Shown one piece after another: positions 27,374 to 36,956 of a DNA stretch of 64,000 nt (position 1 is the first letter of the stretch; each line of letters starts with the position of its first letter). Source of the DNA: Eubacteriales bacterium (GTDB lineage: Bacteria; Bacillota; Clostridia; Oscillospirales; CAG-272); NCBI GenBank assembly GCA_045605175.1, contig JAZUPL010000013.1, positions 95-64,094 on the forward strand, given 5' to 3'. Both the position numbers and the translations under genes were made by a program. The notes below the pieces were generated by a model. The model was not told the DNA's origin and made no database searches. It saw only the letters and a list, made by a program, of their open reading frames with translations.

Positions 27374-29917
27374 TTACCATCCCTGTTGGGTACGGTTAAT
27401 AATATCGTCCTGCAAGGACTTGGAAAGCGTGGTAAACAGTGCCGAATATCCTGCAACTCTAACGACGAGCGTCTTATAGTTTTCGGGGTGTGCCTGTGCG
27501 TCAAGGAGGGTTTCTCTTGTCACTACGTTAAACTGCATATGCATACCCTTTTGGTCGAAGTAGGAACGAATCAGGGCAACAAACTTGCATAATCCCGACA
27601 TTCCCTCAAGAGCCGAGGGGTGGAACTTCTGGTTTAAGAGAGTGCCGTTTGATGCTATTCCCTGCTCCAACTTTGCCACCGAGTTTGCAGTAGCGGTAGG
27701 GCCTTTTATATCTCTGCCCGAGGCAGGGCCTATGCCGTCTGCCAAGGGGGTGTATGCGAGTCTTCCGTCAGGGGTTGCGCCTGTTGTACCGCCAAGGGGT
27801 ACGTTTGCCGAAACCGGATAAAGTCCTGCCTGGAACATTCCTCCACGGACGTTCTTGTACTTTTCAACTTCCTTGGTGTAGGAGTTTGCCACGTCGCGCG
27901 CGAACATATCCACCTCGAAAATATCGTTGCCGTACTTGGGGCAGTCCTCGTCTATGGCGCGCTTGATTTCTCTGTACTTCGCCTTCTCTTCGGGGGTAAG
28001 GGATGAACAGGTGGTCACCTCACGGTAGATAAGTTCCACGGCTTCGGTGGTTATCTCAATACCCTCAAGAGCAAGTTCGGTTGCTATTTCAAGGGTGAGT
28101 TTTTCCGCTGCCGCGCCCGAAAGAGGATAGCCGAAGTTTGCCTTCATAGCCTCGCGGAAGTCTGTCAAGGTGTATCTCTTCTCGTCAAAAACGAGTTTCT
28201 TTATGGCAATAAGTCCGTCGGTGTTGTTTGCAATACCAAAGCCCTGCGGTCCTGTGAAGTTGTAGATTGCTCCACCCTCCTGCAAGGACTTTCCTCTGCC
28301 TATACAATCGTCAACCATACAGGACTGGAAGGGCAAGGGGCAACGCACCGCGTGGGCGGCATCTATTGCGTTGTTGGCGTTGACAAGCAGTTTTATCATA
28401 TACGCCTGCTGTGTCTTGTAGGCATTGTAGAATTGCTCAAAGGAGGTGATGTCCTCAACACGGGGGGTGTCAACACCTATCTTTATACCCTTGTCAACAC
28501 CTGCGTTAAAGGCGAGTTCCATCGGTCTGCACATATTGAAGAAGGCAGCATCGTGCCAACCGTCGGTCTTGTGGGGTGCTTGTGGCTCTACGCAACCGAT
28601 AATGCAGTAATCTCTGGCATCTTCGAGGGTGAGGCCTCTTGCCATAATCGAGGGAATTATAATTTCATCGTTGTAGTAAGCGGGCAAGCCTGTGCCAAGT
28701 CTTGTAAGTGCCGCCGCCTTGATAAGCAGGTCACGGGGCGAGCCATTCCATACTCTAATAGATATGGAGGGCTGGGGGAGCGGAACGTGCATAGCCGCTT
28801 CAAGGCACATATAAGAGAGGTCGTTGGTCGCATCAAGACCGCTTCTGTCCTGACCGCCGACAATGAGGTTCTGGAACATACCGTAGCCTGCAAAGCCGTC
28901 TGCCGAGCCTGCATCTCTTACCTTGTTTATATCGTTGAGTTTTACCCAGATGCAGTCGATAAGTTCCTGTGCCGACTCTCTGGTGATTATTCCACGGTCA
29001 AGGTCTGCCTTGTAATAGGGGTACATATACTGGTCGAAACGTCCGGGGGAAATAGAGTGTCCGCTGGACTCAACCTGAAGAAGAAGTTGTACAAACCAGA
29101 AGGACTGGCAGGCCTCCCAGAAGGAGGTAGCGCCAAACTCAGGCACTCTGGCGCAGTTTCTTGCTATTTTTTCAAGTTCGGCACGTCTTACGGGACATTT
29201 TTCGGTCTTTGCCGACTCTCTTGCAAGTCTTGAATATCTGCGCGCGTACTCGATAACGCCCTCGCAACTCTCAATAACTGCCCAGAGGAAGTTACTTCTC
29301 GCTATGTATTCGGGGTCTGAAACATCAAGGCTGTTAAGGGCGGCTTGAGCCTCGGATATGATACCGCGATAGCCCTTTGCCAAGACCTTGCCGTAGTCCA
29401 CGCACACGTGACCTATACCGTTATAGAAGTAGTTGCCGGGAGTAAACACCGAGTGCTTTGTAAAGGCGGCATAAGCCTCCGGCGACATATTCGAGCGCGC
29501 CAAATCCGAGCAGGTGCGTCCGTGCCAATAGGGATATACCTCACGGAGTTCCTTTTTTGTCTTTTCGCTGATATAGAAGGGGTCTGCCGCACGTGTTGCC
29601 ACAGTTTCAAACTCTGCTTCGAGCCACTCGTAGGAATACTCGGGGAACACCTGACATCCACGGGGTGAGGTCGTCGCACTTCCTACTATCAACTCGCCAT
29701 CCCTGATAACGATAGGAATGTTGCGAAGTATGTGAGCAAAGGCGGCACTACGACGTTTTATTATAGGCAAGTCCTCGGTAGCACGGTAACTTTCGGTAAC
29801 CAAAATTCCACGGCTGGACTCTATCTCGGGCATTTTCTCATAGAGATCTGCCACAAGTCTATCAATTCTTGAACTCTTATCTATTACGAATTTAATGCTT
29901 TCCATCTCTCTCTCCAA
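27374..29917 (-). CDS. glycyl radical enzyme, probable B12-independent 1,2-propanediol dehydratase (by locus context)
   Basis: 847 aa. C-terminal glycyl radical motif VRVAGYSALF and active-site GCVEP Cys/Glu loop. The substrate assignment is inferred only from the neighbouring aldolase, PduP and PduL genes. Confidence 0.95.
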   Translation of the reverse strand: MEREMESIKFVIDKSSRIDRLVADLYEKMPEIESSRGILVTESYRATEDLPIIKRRSAAFAHILRNIPIVIRDGELIVGSATTSPRGCQVFPEYSYEWLEAEFETVATRAADPFYISEKTKKELREVYPYWHGRTCSDLARSNMSPEAYAAFTKHSVFTPGNYFYNGIGHVCVDYGKVLAKGYRGIISEAQAALNSLDVSDPEYIARSNFLWAVIESCEGVIEYARRYSRLARESAKTEKCPVRRAELEKIARNCARVPEFGATSFWEACQSFWFVQLLLQVESSGHSISPGRFDQYMYPYYKADLDRGIITRESAQELIDCIWVKLNDINKVRDAGSADGFAGYGMFQNLIVGGQDRSGLDATNDLSYMCLEAAMHVPLPQPSISIRVWNGSPRDLLIKAAALTRLGTGLPAYYNDEIIIPSIMARGLTLEDARDYCIIGCVEPQAPHKTDGWHDAAFFNMCRPMELAFNAGVDKGIKIGVDTPRVEDITSFEQFYNAYKTQQAYMIKLLVNANNAIDAAHAVRCPLPFQSCMVDDCIGRGKSLQEGGAIYNFTGPQGFGIANNTDGLIAIKKLVFDEKRYTLTDFREAMKANFGYPLSGAAAEKLTLEIATELALEGIEITTEAVELIYREVTTCSSLTPEEKAKYREIKRAIDEDCPKYGNDIFEVDMFARDVANSYTKEVEKYKNVRGGMFQAGLYPVSANVPLGGTTGATPDGRLAYTPLADGIGPASGRDIKGPTATANSVAKLEQGIASNGTLLNQKFHPSALEGMSGLCKFVALIRSYFDQKGMHMQFNVVTRETLLDAQAHPENYKTLVVRVAGYSALFTTLSKSLQDDIINRTQQGW

Positions 29918-29929
29918 GCAATAAATTTA

Positions 29930-30475
29930 TTACATCTGACTCCACAAATCCTCGTGGGGTGCTGCGATAACCGAGGTGGCAGACAGGGATGCTACGCTCT
30001 TGGCATAGTCGCTCGCCGCCTCTACTGCCGCAGTAACGTCACCAATTTCGCCCGTCAACATCACAACGCCCTTGCCACCCATTCCTCGGGAAACGCGAAG
30101 GTCGTATATACTGACACGAGAGGTCTTTACTGCAATATCTGCGCACTTGATAGCGCTCGCCGCAGAGAAGGTTTCTACCAAGCCAAGCGCTCCGTCGGGC
30201 GTGGAAGTGCCGGTGCCAAAGAGCGCCTTTATAACCTGCTCGTCTATCCTACCCATAATCGACGAGTCGATAACGTAACCGTCAAAACGAGTCACCACGT
30301 GATTTACTGCCGCAGTTATATTGGATATTGAGCCACTTAATATTATCTCGTATTTTCCGGGGCAGGAGGGGTGTGCCGAAACCATTTCTACTCCTGCACT
30401 TTTGAGTGCCGCATCGGCCGCCTCCACTCCCTTGGGAATACATTTTAATTCAATTACTCCAATAGCCTTATACAT
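29930..30475 (-). CDS. pduT: tandem-domain BMC shell protein (BMC-T, PduT-like)
   Basis: 181 aa with two BMC domains. SCPGKY Cys lies at the position of the PduT pore Fe-S ligand. Confidence 0.85.
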   Translation of the reverse strand: MYKAIGVIELKCIPKGVEAADAALKSAGVEMVSAHPSCPGKYEIILSGSISNITAAVNHVVTRFDGYVIDSSIMGRIDEQVIKALFGTGTSTPDGALGLVETFSAASAIKCADIAVKTSRVSIYDLRVSRGMGGKGVVMLTGEIGDVTAAVEAASDYAKSVASLSATSVIAAPHEDLWSQM

Positions 30476-30490
30476 CTTAAACCTCTATCA

Positions 30491-31807
30491 TCACTTCTTA
30501 TCTATTCTGATACTGTCCCTCTGTACGCTTACAACGCCGTCAATAGATGCCGCAATGCTCACGGAAAGCCCCTCGCCGTACTTTGCGACGATATCTCCGC
30601 GAGTGACAACCTGTCCGTCCGAAACCACGGGGACTGCGGGCGCTCCGATAATTCTACCGAGAGGTATTTCCACACGGTCAAACTCCATTTGTCCTAAATA
30701 TTCAGGGACTCTATCATAATTTCTCACACCAAGGGCAGATGACCATTTTTCGGAGGGTATCATTCTGTACTCCCTCTCCGCTCTGACCTGTACGTCCTCG
30801 GTGGCTATATATTTCATCTTATTTTTTGCAAGCAACGCCTTGTAACCGCTTATGACCGCCTTTGGCGATATTCCCTGGCTGCAAGCAAGACTCTCGCAAA
30901 TTCCGCATCCGCAACAGAGCGTAGCAGAAATAACAAGACTTGGCTCTGCCTTTACAGCACCCATAGCAGTTCTTACCATTTTGTGTGGCTCAAGCGGATA
31001 ACCAAGAAGCGCACGCGGACACATATCGGTGCATCGGGTGCATTGACAACAAGCGGTTTCGGCTCTGGTTATTGCCACTCGCTCGTTAAGTCTTTTTGCC
31101 TCTATTGCTCTCGTTTCGGTGGGCAAAACATTTATCGCTTTGGTGGTCTTTGTGACAACTGCGGTGTTGGGGTTTATAAGTTTACCCATAGATGGGCCGC
31201 CGTCAAGCACGCTGTGAGTGGGCGGGACTGTTATACCGAGGGCGGCAAGAATATCCTGCACTCTCGTTCCGACAGGGACTCTCACTACTGCGTGGCGCTC
31301 TACGTCACCGCCGACGGTGAGCCACTTTTCCCATACACGCTCGCCAAATTTGACAGCACGACCAAGGTTATACATAGTTTCCACATTATCAACTATAACC
31401 GCGGCGGTTATCGGGAGATTTCCCGGCTTCACTATCCTGCCCGTAGCCTGATAAATAATACTAATCTCGTCGCCTATCGGATAGACGTCGGGGAGAACCT
31501 TTACATATATTCCCGCATCAAGCGCCTGTCCGTCCTCAAAGGAAAGACGCTCGGCGGTGTGTCGCTTTACGCACAGGAGCGCTCGGGGAATATGGCAATA
31601 TGCCATAACCTCGGATATACCCGCCAAAATGAGGGGCAACTCCCGTCCCATAAGCACGTAGTCGGTATATAAGAGTGGCTCGCACTCGGCGCCGTTCACC
31701 ACCAGGGTGTCAGCCCCGTCGGCAAGTTTGGCATATGAGGGAAAACCCGCTCCACCGGCACCAACAATACCCGACTCCTTCATTAGTTTTTTAAGATCCA
31801 TAAGCAC
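30491..31807 (-). CDS. pduS: PduS/RnfC-like flavoprotein with two 4Fe-4S motifs
   Basis: 438 aa. GAGGAGFP nucleotide-binding motif, NGAECEP, CCQCTRCTDMCP and CCGCGICESLAC clusters. Confidence 0.85.
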   Translation of the reverse strand: MLMDLKKLMKESGIVGAGGAGFPSYAKLADGADTLVVNGAECEPLLYTDYVLMGRELPLILAGISEVMAYCHIPRALLCVKRHTAERLSFEDGQALDAGIYVKVLPDVYPIGDEISIIYQATGRIVKPGNLPITAAVIVDNVETMYNLGRAVKFGERVWEKWLTVGGDVERHAVVRVPVGTRVQDILAALGITVPPTHSVLDGGPSMGKLINPNTAVVTKTTKAINVLPTETRAIEAKRLNERVAITRAETACCQCTRCTDMCPRALLGYPLEPHKMVRTAMGAVKAEPSLVISATLCCGCGICESLACSQGISPKAVISGYKALLAKNKMKYIATEDVQVRAEREYRMIPSEKWSSALGVRNYDRVPEYLGQMEFDRVEIPLGRIIGAPAVPVVSDGQVVTRGDIVAKYGEGLSVSIAASIDGVVSVQRDSIRIDKK

Positions 31808-31836
31808 CTCACTCCCTGCCGAGGGAGAAAATCATT

Positions 31837-32085
31837 TTAATCTACTATACCTACTATAACAGCATCTGCGGGGGCAGAGGTGTTACCCAGTGCAAGACGA
31901 GCCGACGAGCCGGTAGTGATAAGCACTATCCCGCCAATACCTGCACCTACCGAATCAATTGCCACTATGTAATCGTCGGTAAGCACTCCGTTTTTCATAA
32001 GTTGAACTTCCATAAACTTTGAGCCGACAAGAGCCGCCTGCTTTTTGGTTGACACTATGTGTCCTTTAATCATTCCTCTTAACAT
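31837..32085 (-). CDS. pduN: BMC vertex pentamer protein (EutN/PduN/CcmL family)
   Basis: 82 aa. MIKGHIVSTKK...AIDSVGAGIGGIVLITTGSSAR pattern. Confidence 0.9.
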   Translation of the reverse strand: MLRGMIKGHIVSTKKQAALVGSKFMEVQLMKNGVLTDDYIVAIDSVGAGIGGIVLITTGSSARLALGNTSAPADAVIVGIVD

Positions 32086-32098
32086 ATCTATCTCCTCT

Positions 32099-32761
32099 TT
32101 ATTCTTTTACAATCTTAACACGGCAGCCGTTGCCTATGCCGGTAGCATTTGCATCGTCGGTATCCACGTGCATCTCAAGACGGAAGTCCTTGTGGACTCT
32201 TACCTGTACGTCGTACCATCTGGTCCTGCGAGTGCCCTCGACATCTACCGTGACGTAGTCGCCGTCCTTAACACCAAAGCGCACACCGTCCTGTGGGGAC
32301 ATATGTATATGCCTGTTTGCTATGATACAACCCTCGCCGAGTGTGACAACACCCTTTGGGCCTATAATCGTGATAGGGGAAGAGCCTGCTATCCTGCCCG
32401 ATTCTCTTACAGGGGGCTTGACTTTAAGCGTATAGGAATCGGTCTTGGATATTTCCACCTGCGACTCCCTTCTGACAGGCCCTAAAACTCTTACGTTTTC
32501 GATAGGGCGCAGCGACGGACCTATAATAGTCAAGGTTTCCTTGCAGGCATACTGCCCCGGCTGGCTTAACTCCTTCATAGGAGTAAGTTCATACCCTGCG
32601 CCAAAGAGGGTTTCGAGGTCTTTTTTTGACAGGTGTATATGTCTGTTTGACACACCCACAGGCACAGTGCCTTCCTCGTTGGCGGTTATAGGTTTTGATG
32701 TGTCCATACCCGCTATAACTCTTTTTACTATTTCCGCTATTTTATCGTTTAGATTTTCCAT
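32099..32761 (-). CDS. pduL: phosphate propanoyltransferase PduL
   Basis: Start at ATG 32761 (MENLNDKIAEIVKRVIAG, RBS GGAAG). Duplicated PduL motifs VSNRHIHLS and ANRHIHMS. Confidence 0.9.
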   Translation of the reverse strand: MENLNDKIAEIVKRVIAGMDTSKPITANEEGTVPVGVSNRHIHLSKKDLETLFGAGYELTPMKELSQPGQYACKETLTIIGPSLRPIENVRVLGPVRRESQVEISKTDSYTLKVKPPVRESGRIAGSSPITIIGPKGVVTLGEGCIIANRHIHMSPQDGVRFGVKDGDYVTVDVEGTRRTRWYDVQVRVHKDFRLEMHVDTDDANATGIGNGCRVKIVKE

Positions 32762-32883
32762 AGCCGCTTCCTTTCGTCTTGATAAATCCTTTGTATTGAA
32801 GAAAGGCTTAAAAAATTCAAGCCCTTTTTCAATACCCAAAGGCACGAGGCCTTTGGATATTGTGTCGATAACTAAACCTTCTA

Positions 32884-33156
32884 TTACTTAATAGAGGGGA
32901 GAAGTTTCTCAACGTCTGCGTGGGGACGGGGAATAACGTGAGTAGCGATAACCTCACCAAGAGAGGTTGCCGCAGCAGAGCCTGCCTCAACAGCCGCCTT
33001 AACTGCACCGACATCGCCACGAACCATAACGCTTACAAGTCCGCTGCCGATTTTCTCGGAGCCGATAAGCACAACATTTGCAGCCTTTACCATTGCATCT
33101 GCAGCCTCGATAGCGGCTACAAGACCTCTGGTCTCTACCATTCCAAGTGCTTCCAT
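32884..33156 (-). CDS. BMC-H hexamer shell protein (PduA/EutM type)
   Basis: 90 aa. [28 protein letters not shown]... Near-identical paralog of 33586..33861. Confidence 0.93.
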   Translation of the reverse strand: MEALGMVETRGLVAAIEAADAMVKAANVVLIGSEKIGSGLVSVMVRGDVGAVKAAVEAGSAAATSLGEVIATHVIPRPHADVEKLLPSIK

Positions 33157-33290
33157 TGTGTTTTCCTCCTATAAAAATATTTTTAATAACAAATCTATAT
33201 TTTCAGCATAAGCCAAAAACCTTCTTTAAGATGAATGACGCAGCACGGGGTTGCCCTCGCCACAGTGAGCAACACCATGGCGAAGAAATA

Positions 33291-33563
33291 TCAGCCCGTC
33301 GTCAAAAACGCCATTACATCGGGGTGAGGGCGTGCGATTACCTCGCAGCACTTCACCTTGCCGACCTCGGCAGCGGCCGCAGCACCCGCATCAAGCGCCG
33401 CCTTTACGGCAGAGACCTCGCCCTCGACAACAACCGTGACGAGTCTGCCTCCAAGACGCTTCTCGACGTGGATAAGTTTGACGTCGGCCGCCTTTACCAT
33501 AGCGTCGAGGCCTGTTATTGCGGCGACCATCGCCTGCACTTCAAGCAACGCTATTGCCTTCAT
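33291..33563 (-). CDS. BMC-H hexamer shell protein (divergent paralog)
   Basis: 90 aa. IALLEVQAMVAAITGLDAMVKAADVKL. Single BMC domain. Confidence 0.9.
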   Translation of the reverse strand: MKAIALLEVQAMVAAITGLDAMVKAADVKLIHVEKRLGGRLVTVVVEGEVSAVKAALDAGAAAAAEVGKVKCCEVIARPHPDVMAFLTTG

Positions 33564-33585
33564 TTGTCAAGCCGCCCTTCCTGAA

Positions 33586-33861
33586 TTACTTAATAACAGG
33601 AAGAAGTTTCTCAACGTCCGCATGAGGACGAGGAATAACGTGAGTAGCGATAACCTCACCAAGAGAGTGAGCAGCGGCAGAACCTGCCTCAACTGCTGCC
33701 TTTACCGCGCCAACGTCACCACGAACCATAACGCTTACAAGTCCGCTGCCGATTTTCTCGGAGCCGATAAGTACAACGTTTGCAGCCTTTACCATTGCAT
33801 CTGCAGCCTCAATAGCGGCTACAAGACCTCTGGTTTCTACCATTCCAAGTGCTTCCATCAT
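33586..33861 (-). CDS. BMC-H hexamer shell protein (PduA/EutM type)
   Basis: 91 aa. [29 protein letters not shown]... Confidence 0.93.
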   Translation of the reverse strand: MMEALGMVETRGLVAAIEAADAMVKAANVVLIGSEKIGSGLVSVMVRGDVGAVKAAVEAGSAAAHSLGEVIATHVIPRPHADVEKLLPVIK

Positions 33862-33918
33862 TTTTTGTTTCTCCTTTTAAGTGTTTTTTATTTTCATTTA
33901 ATCTTGTTGCTTAAATAA

Positions 33919-34236
33919 TTACCTGAGTTTGTCCTTGCCGAGTGCAGAAAGACGGGCGAACCACTCTATTTCATCGCTCTGTCTTGCGATGACCTTGTGA
34001 GTTATGTAAAGTTCTCTCTTGTCTGCCTCCATCTTGCCCGCAGCGATAGCCGCCTCAACAGCAGCCGCCGAGCCCTCAACCTTTATGGCCATCACCAGAG
34101 GTACTCTGGCAGAGTCACCTGCGGCAGGCTTGTTCTTGTCTATGGCAACGACCTTTACGTCCGCCGCCTTTGCCATGGCATCTGCCACGACTATCGCGGT
34201 CGCAAAGCCGAAAACCTCTATCATTCCAAGTGCCAT
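33919..34236 (-). CDS. BMC-H shell protein with C-terminal extension
   Basis: 105 aa. MALGMIEVFGFATAIVVADAMAKAADVKVV BMC domain. Confidence 0.85.
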   Translation of the reverse strand: MALGMIEVFGFATAIVVADAMAKAADVKVVAIDKNKPAAGDSARVPLVMAIKVEGSAAAVEAAIAAGKMEADKRELYITHKVIARQSDEIEWFARLSALGKDKLR

Positions 34237-34246
34237 AGGCTACTCC

Positions 34247-35443
34247 TTATTCTGCTACGTAGCAGATCTTAATTCCCTGCTGGGAAACGTTGACCTCCAT
34301 AGCCTCATTGAGTTTGTCGAGGGGGAACTGGTGGGTGATAAGTTCCTTTATCGGAATTTTCATCTCCCTTGCCTGGCGAAGGAATGCCATGGTGGTGGGA
34401 TAGTCGTCTGCGCTGTAATCCCAAGAGCCGACGATGGTTATTTCCTTGTTGCACATTGCGAAGTGGGGGTTTACCGAATATTCTCCGTTGTTTACGAAGA
34501 AGCCCATTTCACACATACCGCCGCCTCGACGAATGTACTCGTAGATATCCTTTGCCGCCGCGGGAGCGCCTGTACACTGGAAGGCAAAGTCAACACCTAC
34601 GCCGTTGCAGATACCCTTAACGAGAGCAACTCTCTCTTCAAGCGAGGCAATTTCCTTGAAACTTATTACGGTTTTAGCACCAAGTTTCTTCGCCATATCA
34701 AGACGCTTGGGAGTGCCGTCGATAGCCACGATATGATTTACGCCTGCGGCACGAAGTACCGAAATCATAACCAGACCGACAGGGCCAAGTCCTTGAACGA
34801 GAACCTTGGAGTTGAAGTTTATAAGACCTGTGGAGTTTGCCCTCTTGAGCGCGTGAACGCACACACAAGCAAGTTCGAGGAGCATTCTCTCCTTAAGGTC
34901 AAGGTCGTTTACTACAAAGTAGGTCGAGCCCTTTCCTCTGATAAGCAGGTAGTCAGAGAACCAACCTGTCAGGGGTTGAGCGTCGCTGTGGGGGATAAGA
35001 CCAAACACGCCCTGCTTGTCGCAAAGGTTGGTGTTGGCGGGTTGGTTGCGACAGACGTAGCACTCGCCACAACTGATAACACTGGTGACTATCTTGTCGC
35101 CAACCTTGATAGGCTTGCCCGAGGTGTCCGCCTTGATGTTCTTTCCGAGATAAACTATCTCGCCCGTGCCCTCGTGACCGAGAGTAACGGGAATAATGCC
35201 AAAGGGATCTGCCCGCCACTCGTGAACGTCGGTACCGCACACACCGCAACCCTCTACACGGACGAGAATATCGTCATCGGTAAGGGCGGGGACGGGAAAC
35301 TCTTTGACCTCTATCTTCTTCTGTCCTGTAAGCATCGCAACTCTTGCGGTCTTGGGAATAGCGCCACTCTTCTGAACAGGGCCACCAATCTCACCGAGAA
35401 TCTTACGAACGATGCTCTCTACCTGAGATGAACTGAAATTCAT
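34247..35443 (-). CDS. zinc-dependent (MDR-family) alcohol dehydrogenase with N-terminal encapsulation-peptide-like helix
   Basis: Start at ATG 35443 (AAGGAAAGGA RBS). MNFSSSQVESIVRKILGEIGG, then GVCGTDVHEW, GHEGTGEIV and CGECYVCR zinc motifs. Confidence 0.9.
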   Translation of the reverse strand: MNFSSSQVESIVRKILGEIGGPVQKSGAIPKTARVAMLTGQKKIEVKEFPVPALTDDDILVRVEGCGVCGTDVHEWRADPFGIIPVTLGHEGTGEIVYLGKNIKADTSGKPIKVGDKIVTSVISCGECYVCRNQPANTNLCDKQGVFGLIPHSDAQPLTGWFSDYLLIRGKGSTYFVVNDLDLKERMLLELACVCVHALKRANSTGLINFNSKVLVQGLGPVGLVMISVLRAAGVNHIVAIDGTPKRLDMAKKLGAKTVISFKEIASLEERVALVKGICNGVGVDFAFQCTGAPAAAKDIYEYIRRGGGMCEMGFFVNNGEYSVNPHFAMCNKEITIVGSWDYSADDYPTTMAFLRQAREMKIPIKELITHQFPLDKLNEAMEVNVSQQGIKICYVAE

Positions 35444-35462
35444 TTTTCTATCCTTTCCTTGA

Positions 35463-36929
35463 TTAAATAATACGGAAACTTTCTGCAAGAACGCATCTGC
35501 GAAGTCTGGTAAAACTCTTCGCGCTGGTGATGCCCTCACCGGTAGGTCCTGCTATGGTGAAGGTGGTGTGTCCCTCGCCACCAAAGCCGATACCCGCATA
35601 AGAGGGTGCGTTCTTTACGAAAATCGTGGTCTCCACCGCCCTTGCAAAGCGGGTGAGGTTGTCTATGTTCTTCGAGTGCATATGTGCGGTGTGACGGTTA
35701 CCGTGCTCCGCCTTTACTGCAAGGTCAATAGCCTCGTCGATGTCGTTAACCCTTACTATCGGAAGTATGGGCATCATCAATTCGTGCTGTACGAAGGGGT
35801 GTCCAAAGTCGGTTTCGCAAATAATGCAACGGACCTCGTCCCCTACGTGAATTCCAACCTTTTCAAGAATAACCTTTGCATCTCTTCCAACACAATCACG
35901 GTTTACTATTTTAGAAACCACGCCTGTCTTTGGATTTTTCTTGTCAACGAGGACAATATCTGCAAGTCTGTCGGCGGTCGCTCTGTCAATTTTGTAAGCA
36001 CCAGCCTCTATCATCGAACTAATAAGTTCGTCGGCGATATTCTTAAAGGCAAACACCTCTTTCTCGGCAATACAAGGCAGGTTGTTGTCAAAGGTACAAC
36101 CGTCGATAATGTCCTTGCCCGCCTTTCTTACGTCTGCGGTATCATCTACTATTACAGGGGGGTTGCCCGCACCTGCACCGATAGCCTTCTTTCCGCTTGA
36201 CAGCACCGCCCTTACAACACCGGGGCCGCCTGTGCAAACGAGCAGTTTGATTACAGGGTGCTTATACATCACGTCAGCGCTCTCAAGCGTGGGCTTTACC
36301 ACCGAGGCAACAAGCACACGGGGGCCGCCTGCCAAGGCACTTGCACGGTTGATAAGGTCAACCGCATAGTTTGAGGTTGCGATAGCACCGGGGTGAGGGT
36401 TAAACACAACGCCGTTGCCCGCTGCTATCATTCCGATACTGTTACAAATAACCGTTTCGGAGGGGTTGGTACTTGGGGTAATACTACCGACTACTCCAAA
36501 GGGAGCCATTTCGGTAAGCGTAAGTCCGTAGTCGCCGGTCTTTGCCTGGGATATTATGTCCGAGGTGCCGGGAGTCTTGTCTGCGACGAGAATATGCTTT
36601 GCCGTCTTGTGATCTACCCTGCCCATTTTCGTTTCGGCAACGCCGAGAGCCGCCATAATAGGCGCTTCCTTGCGAGTGAGGTCACGGATAACCGCGATTA
36701 CCTTCTCCCTCTCGTCAAGCGACATAGCACGAATAGCCTTGTAGCCGGCGGTTGCCGCCTCAATAGCGTCATTCATATCCTCATAAACACCGATAAATCT
36801 GCGACCACAATAGCCTGTGGAATCCCACTGACAAGCCGTTGTCTTTTTTTCGGTGGTCTGTGTACCAAGACTGCGAAGAACCGATGCAACTACCTCTTCA
36901 ATTTGAGCCTCTGTCCAATTTATAGCCAT
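35463..36929 (-). CDS. pduP: CoA-acylating aldehyde dehydrogenase (PduP/EutE family)
   Basis: 488 aa. N-terminal amphipathic helix TEAQIEEVVASVLRSL. Aldehyde dehydrogenase core with catalytic Cys region FDNNLPCIAEKE. Confidence 0.92.
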   Translation of the reverse strand: MAINWTEAQIEEVVASVLRSLGTQTTEKKTTACQWDSTGYCGRRFIGVYEDMNDAIEAATAGYKAIRAMSLDEREKVIAVIRDLTRKEAPIMAALGVAETKMGRVDHKTAKHILVADKTPGTSDIISQAKTGDYGLTLTEMAPFGVVGSITPSTNPSETVICNSIGMIAAGNGVVFNPHPGAIATSNYAVDLINRASALAGGPRVLVASVVKPTLESADVMYKHPVIKLLVCTGGPGVVRAVLSSGKKAIGAGAGNPPVIVDDTADVRKAGKDIIDGCTFDNNLPCIAEKEVFAFKNIADELISSMIEAGAYKIDRATADRLADIVLVDKKNPKTGVVSKIVNRDCVGRDAKVILEKVGIHVGDEVRCIICETDFGHPFVQHELMMPILPIVRVNDIDEAIDLAVKAEHGNRHTAHMHSKNIDNLTRFARAVETTIFVKNAPSYAGIGFGGEGHTTFTIAGPTGEGITSAKSFTRLRRCVLAESFRII

Positions 36930-36956
36930 CTTTCTTCTCCTATCTTAAGAGGGGGA

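Noticed and set aside
27160-27504. N-terminal 115-aa extension of the activase ORF (ORF track 26374..27504)
   Set aside because: The extension reads through the tandem repeat/hairpin spacer and overlaps the GRE 3' end. The homologous activase N-terminus (MSIYDTKGRIFNIQRFSIHDGPGIRT) starts at 27159 with a good RBS.
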